Positions 35,097 to 37,959 of a DNA stretch of 37,959 bases are shown here, in pieces (position 1 is the first letter of the stretch; the number at the start of each line of letters is the position of its first letter). The position numbers and the translations under genes are program-made. Where the stretch lies: assembly GCA_038054875.1 (NCBI GenBank), contig JBBUJK010000025.1, positions 1 through 37,959 of the forward strand, read 5' to 3'. A model generated the notes under the pieces. That model did not search any database and was not told the DNA's origin. It saw only the letters and a program-made list of their open reading frames with translations. The DNA comes from Patescibacteria group bacterium (GTDB taxonomy: Bacteria > Patescibacteriota > Patescibacteriia > 2-12-FULL-57-11).

Positions 35097-35119
35097 GCCC
35101 TTCGACTACCGCTCAGGGC
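35097..35119. repeat. Single GA/GA-type palindrome
   Basis: Minus strand GCCCT-GA-GCGGTAGTC-GA-AGGGC; same architecture as the 7332 and 23573 units and the intragenic copies. Confidence 0.65.
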
Positions 35120-35123
35120 GGGG

Positions 35124-35152
35124 TTGACAAAAGCTGGCTGCCGTGGTATTGT
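35124..35152 (+). promoter_or_regulatory. sigma70 promoter
   Basis: TTGACA-17 bp-TATTGT with an extended -10 TG. Confidence 0.7.
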
Positions 35153-35440
35153 CCGCCGTTAATTCGGAGCCTTGAGGCGGTTTGGTGCGAGGCCCGGGAT
35201 GCCTCCTCCTCATCACGAGGACTCACACCAAACCACTTCAGGGCTTCCGTAACGGAGGGGCCTGTATTCGACAGGGTTCCTCCATTGCGGGGACCCCTGT
35301 TGTGTTCCTTACAACGTTGTTCTCACGCGTTCCGACGCGCAGACCACTCATGATCTGCGGTTCGGAGCGCGCAGCCTGCGAAGGCGCCTCCATGGGCATA
35401 GTGCCCAAGTCGCCTACGCAGGCAGAAGAGGAGAACTCAG

Positions 35441-37060
35441 ATGAAGAAGACGAACCTGTCGCTGGCTTTGGCCGGCGTCGCCATGGCTTTCCTCGCCGCC
35501 GCTCCCGCGGAGGCGCAGGACAGCTGCCAGCAGCCCGAGTGCATTCGGGCCCGGGAGATCCGGGACCGGATGAACGCCATCACGGAGTGCAACGCGGACA
35601 ACGCGGAGGAGGTCATCCGCCTCTCCCGCGAAGCCGCGACGGCGCTCACGGCGTGCGAGGCGCGTTCGGCGGCTTGTGCCACGGCGTACCGCACGGCGGT
35701 GGAGATCATCCGCAACGGATGTGACCCGGCGGCCATCGCCCGCGAGCCCTCGTTCTGCGAGGCGCGGTGCACGGCGCGCGGCCACGGCACCTGGTGCGCG
35801 GCTGGCGACAGCCGCGCCGAGTGCCAGTGCGCAAGCGACAGCGCGGGTCGGTCCTGTCGGCGCGAGCGCGATCGATCGACGACCGCGCACTGGTGCGCGC
35901 CGGTACGGGGATATCAGATCCTCGACCGCTGCCTCCCGCGGCGCATCCCGCCCCCGCCGCCTCCGGAGCCACCGGTTCCGCCTCCGCCCCCGCCCGACGC
36001 CCGCTGCAACGTGGGCATCGATGCGGACGGCGACGGCGTCCCGGACCTGAGCAGCACCTGCATCCCGGACGACAACTGCCGGATCCGGTACAACCCGGAT
36101 CAGTCGGACGTCGACACGGACGGGGAGGGCGACGCGTGCGACGACGACGACGACCTCGAGGGTCTGCGCCGGGAGATCAATGCCCGGTTCCAGAACCTCT
36201 GCGTCGCCGTCACGGACCAGACGCCCGTGTGCGTCCTGATCCGTCAGTTGCGTGGTGGTCACGAGCCCCGGGTCTCGCTCGACGAGATCTGGAGCGAGCT
36301 CCGACGGCTCGCTGCCGAGGATGTGGAGATCAATCGCCGCCTCGACGAGGTGGAGAGGATCCTTCACGACCACGGCGACATGATCGTCGACCTCGGTCGG
36401 CGTATCGGTCTGTTCATGGATCGCGTCGAATGCCTTCGCCGCGGCCGGGACTACCGTCTGGCCACGGAGGAGCGCGTCGCGGGTCATGAGGTCGGCGAAC
36501 AGGCGGAAGGGACGATGATCCGCGAGGATCGCGTCGTCTGTCTCGAGACGTGCGTCGACACGGACGCGGAGTTCAACTCCGAGTCCGGACGCTGTGAGGC
36601 ACGGCCGATGCTGCCGGGTGAGTTCGACCTCTCGGTCGGACCTGCGGTCAGCTTCTACGACGAGTTCACGCTCGGTGTGGAGCTGGACGCGACCTGGTGG
36701 CTGCAGGAACGGTTCGGCTGGTCCCTCTGGGGATTCGCCGGGCTGACCGTGGTTCGCCAGCCGGTGCTCGACATCGCTGTCGCCACCGGGCCGTCGTTCC
36801 GGCTCGTGCTCGAGAGAGAGTTCTCACTCGATCTCGGACTCGGCGCCTTCGGACGCAACGGCACGTCGCTGCGCGACGGAACGGTCGGAGTCTTCACCGG
36901 CTTCGGCGGCTACGTCGACTTGGCGGCGATCGTCGGCAACAGGCGCAGTGATGTGCGAGTGCGAATCTTCGGACGGTTGCTGCTCGGGTTCGCCGACAGT
37001 GATCAGACCGATCCGCACTTCGCACCCGGCGTCATGGGCGGTCTGCAGCTGACCTTCTAG
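35441..37060 (+). CDS. Cys-rich secreted protein with TSP3 repeat, coiled coil and predicted C-terminal beta-barrel
   Basis: GAGGAG SD; signal peptide ending AEA; DADGDGVPD...DNC...NPDQSDVDTDGEGDACD; alternating amphipathic strands ending GGLQLTF. Confidence 0.8.
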   Translation: MKKTNLSLALAGVAMAFLAAAPAEAQDSCQQPECIRAREIRDRMNAITECNADNAEEVIRLSREAATALTACEARSAACATAYRTAVEIIRNGCDPAAIAREPSFCEARCTARGHGTWCAAGDSRAECQCASDSAGRSCRRERDRSTTAHWCAPVRGYQILDRCLPRRIPPPPPPEPPVPPPPPPDARCNVGIDADGDGVPDLSSTCIPDDNCRIRYNPDQSDVDTDGEGDACDDDDDLEGLRREINARFQNLCVAVTDQTPVCVLIRQLRGGHEPRVSLDEIWSELRRLAAEDVEINRRLDEVERILHDHGDMIVDLGRRIGLFMDRVECLRRGRDYRLATEERVAGHEVGEQAEGTMIREDRVVCLETCVDTDAEFNSESGRCEARPMLPGEFDLSVGPAVSFYDEFTLGVELDATWWLQERFGWSLWGFAGLTVVRQPVLDIAVATGPSFRLVLEREFSLDLGLGAFGRNGTSLRDGTVGVFTGFGGYVDLAAIVGNRRSDVRVRIFGRLLLGFADSDQTDPHFAPGVMGGLQLTF

Positions 37061-37080
37061 GAGGTGAGCGCGGACTGCAC

Positions 37081-37129
37081 CTGAGCGGAGAGAGGGACAA
37101 CACCTCTCTCCGCTCAGGACACATTTTTT
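37081..37129 (+). terminator. Terminator-like hairpin
   Basis: CTGAGCGGAGAGAGG...CCTCTCTCCGCTCAG followed by a T tract. Confidence 0.65.
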
Positions 37130-37332
37130 CCTTCAATGAATCAACGCGCGCATCTCCAAGAGGTGCCCGCATGCGTTCCTTGAATCCTGCCGTGTGCACG
37201 TCCCAACCTGGGGAATCAATCTGGTTCCTCGTGTTGGGGCGTGCATGTGTGATGCGGCGCCCCCGAATACCGGTTTGACCGGATTCGAAGCGCCAATCAC
37301 ACGGCACAAACAAACAACGACAGGAGACTCAG

Positions 37333-37959
37333 ATGACACGAACGATGGTGTTCTTGGTTGCGGCGATCACGGCGACGGTCGTTGCGGGGTGTTACGACCC
37401 CGAGTCGACGGGACCGCATCAGGGTCCCGTGGCCGACGCCGGCATCGTGCCGACGTCCGATGGCGGCCCCGTTCCGACGGCCTGCGAGAGCGACCCGCTC
37501 ACGCAGGACCAGGACGGCGACAGGTGGTGCCCCTCGGGGCGCGACCTGGACGCCGACGGCACCTGCTGCGACTCCGGGGAGGCCTTGCCGGCCGACCAGG
37601 GGGACTGCGACGACGATCAGCGCGGCGCCGGGGGCATCTCCAACCCCGGCGTGCACGAGATCTGCGGCAACGGGATCGACGAGGACTGCGGCGAGACGCC
37701 GTGTGCCACGCCGAGCTCCTGTCCAGACCTCGACGAGCTCGATCCGGACTGCGATCCGTCGCTCAATGTGTGCGACGCGGATGCGGTCTGCGCGGACGGG
37801 AGCTTCTGCACGGTGAACGTGCGCTGCGCGGACCATCGCTGCATCGCGGGTATCCCCCGCGTCTGCGACGACGGCAACGCGAGCACGGCCGACACGTGTA
37901 ACGAGGCGGCCGATCGCTGCGACTACGTGCCGCTTCCCAGCTGCACGACGCACGCGGCA
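37333..37959 (+). CDS. Cys-rich lipoprotein with MopE-like metal-binding and CDDGN repeats (3'-truncated; absent from the ORF track)
   Basis: AGGAG SD; MTRTMVFLVAAITATVVAG-C lipobox; DQDGD..DCDD..NPGVHEICGNGIDEDC; CDDGNASTADTC; open to the window end. Confidence 0.85.
   Translation, partial: MTRTMVFLVAAITATVVAGCYDPESTGPHQGPVADAGIVPTSDGGPVPTACESDPLTQDQDGDRWCPSGRDLDADGTCCDSGEALPADQGDCDDDQRGAGGISNPGVHEICGNGIDEDCGETPCATPSSCPDLDELDPDCDPSLNVCDADAVCADGSFCTVNVRCADHRCIAGIPRVCDDGNASTADTCNEAADRCDYVPLPSCTTHAA

Noticed and set aside
37194-37953. ORF-track entries 37194..37901, 37297..37953, 37358..37816 and 37617..37895
   Set aside because: Alternative frames of the lipoprotein gene starting at 37333, which has an SD, lipobox and recognisable repeats.

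Overview
Bacterial chromosomal window, inferred to come from a Patescibacteria/CPR organism (Parcubacteria/ABY1-like). The inference rests on SD-less 'tATG' starts, ybeY-dgkA-ftsA-ftsZ synteny and CPR-style surface proteins. Core genes are ybeY, dgkA, ftsA, ftsZ, nrdR, an HtrA protease, pyk, tag, tRNA-Asp, infC-rpmI-rplT and smpB-ssrA. Accessory blocks are a Panacea antitoxin with an unknown PemK-like partner, a tRNA-Asp-adjacent defence island (Type III-like Res/Mod plus a ParB-like/HEPN-like protein and a Dam-class methylase), and a Fic gene with a three-box operator. Two observations stand out. (1) A small GIY-YIG nuclease is flanked by GTCAT-tagged 'stem-GA-hairpin-GA-stem' palindromes with compensatory changes; relatives lie between genes and in-frame inside ybeY and pyk, suggesting a REP/RAYT-like system built on a GIY-YIG enzyme. 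(2) A set of SD-led, myxobacterium-style Cys-rich or PDAG-motif envelope genes, two with long structured leaders, includes a predicted outer-membrane beta-barrel protein in a presumed monoderm. All family assignments are from motif recognition by eye; no searches were run.
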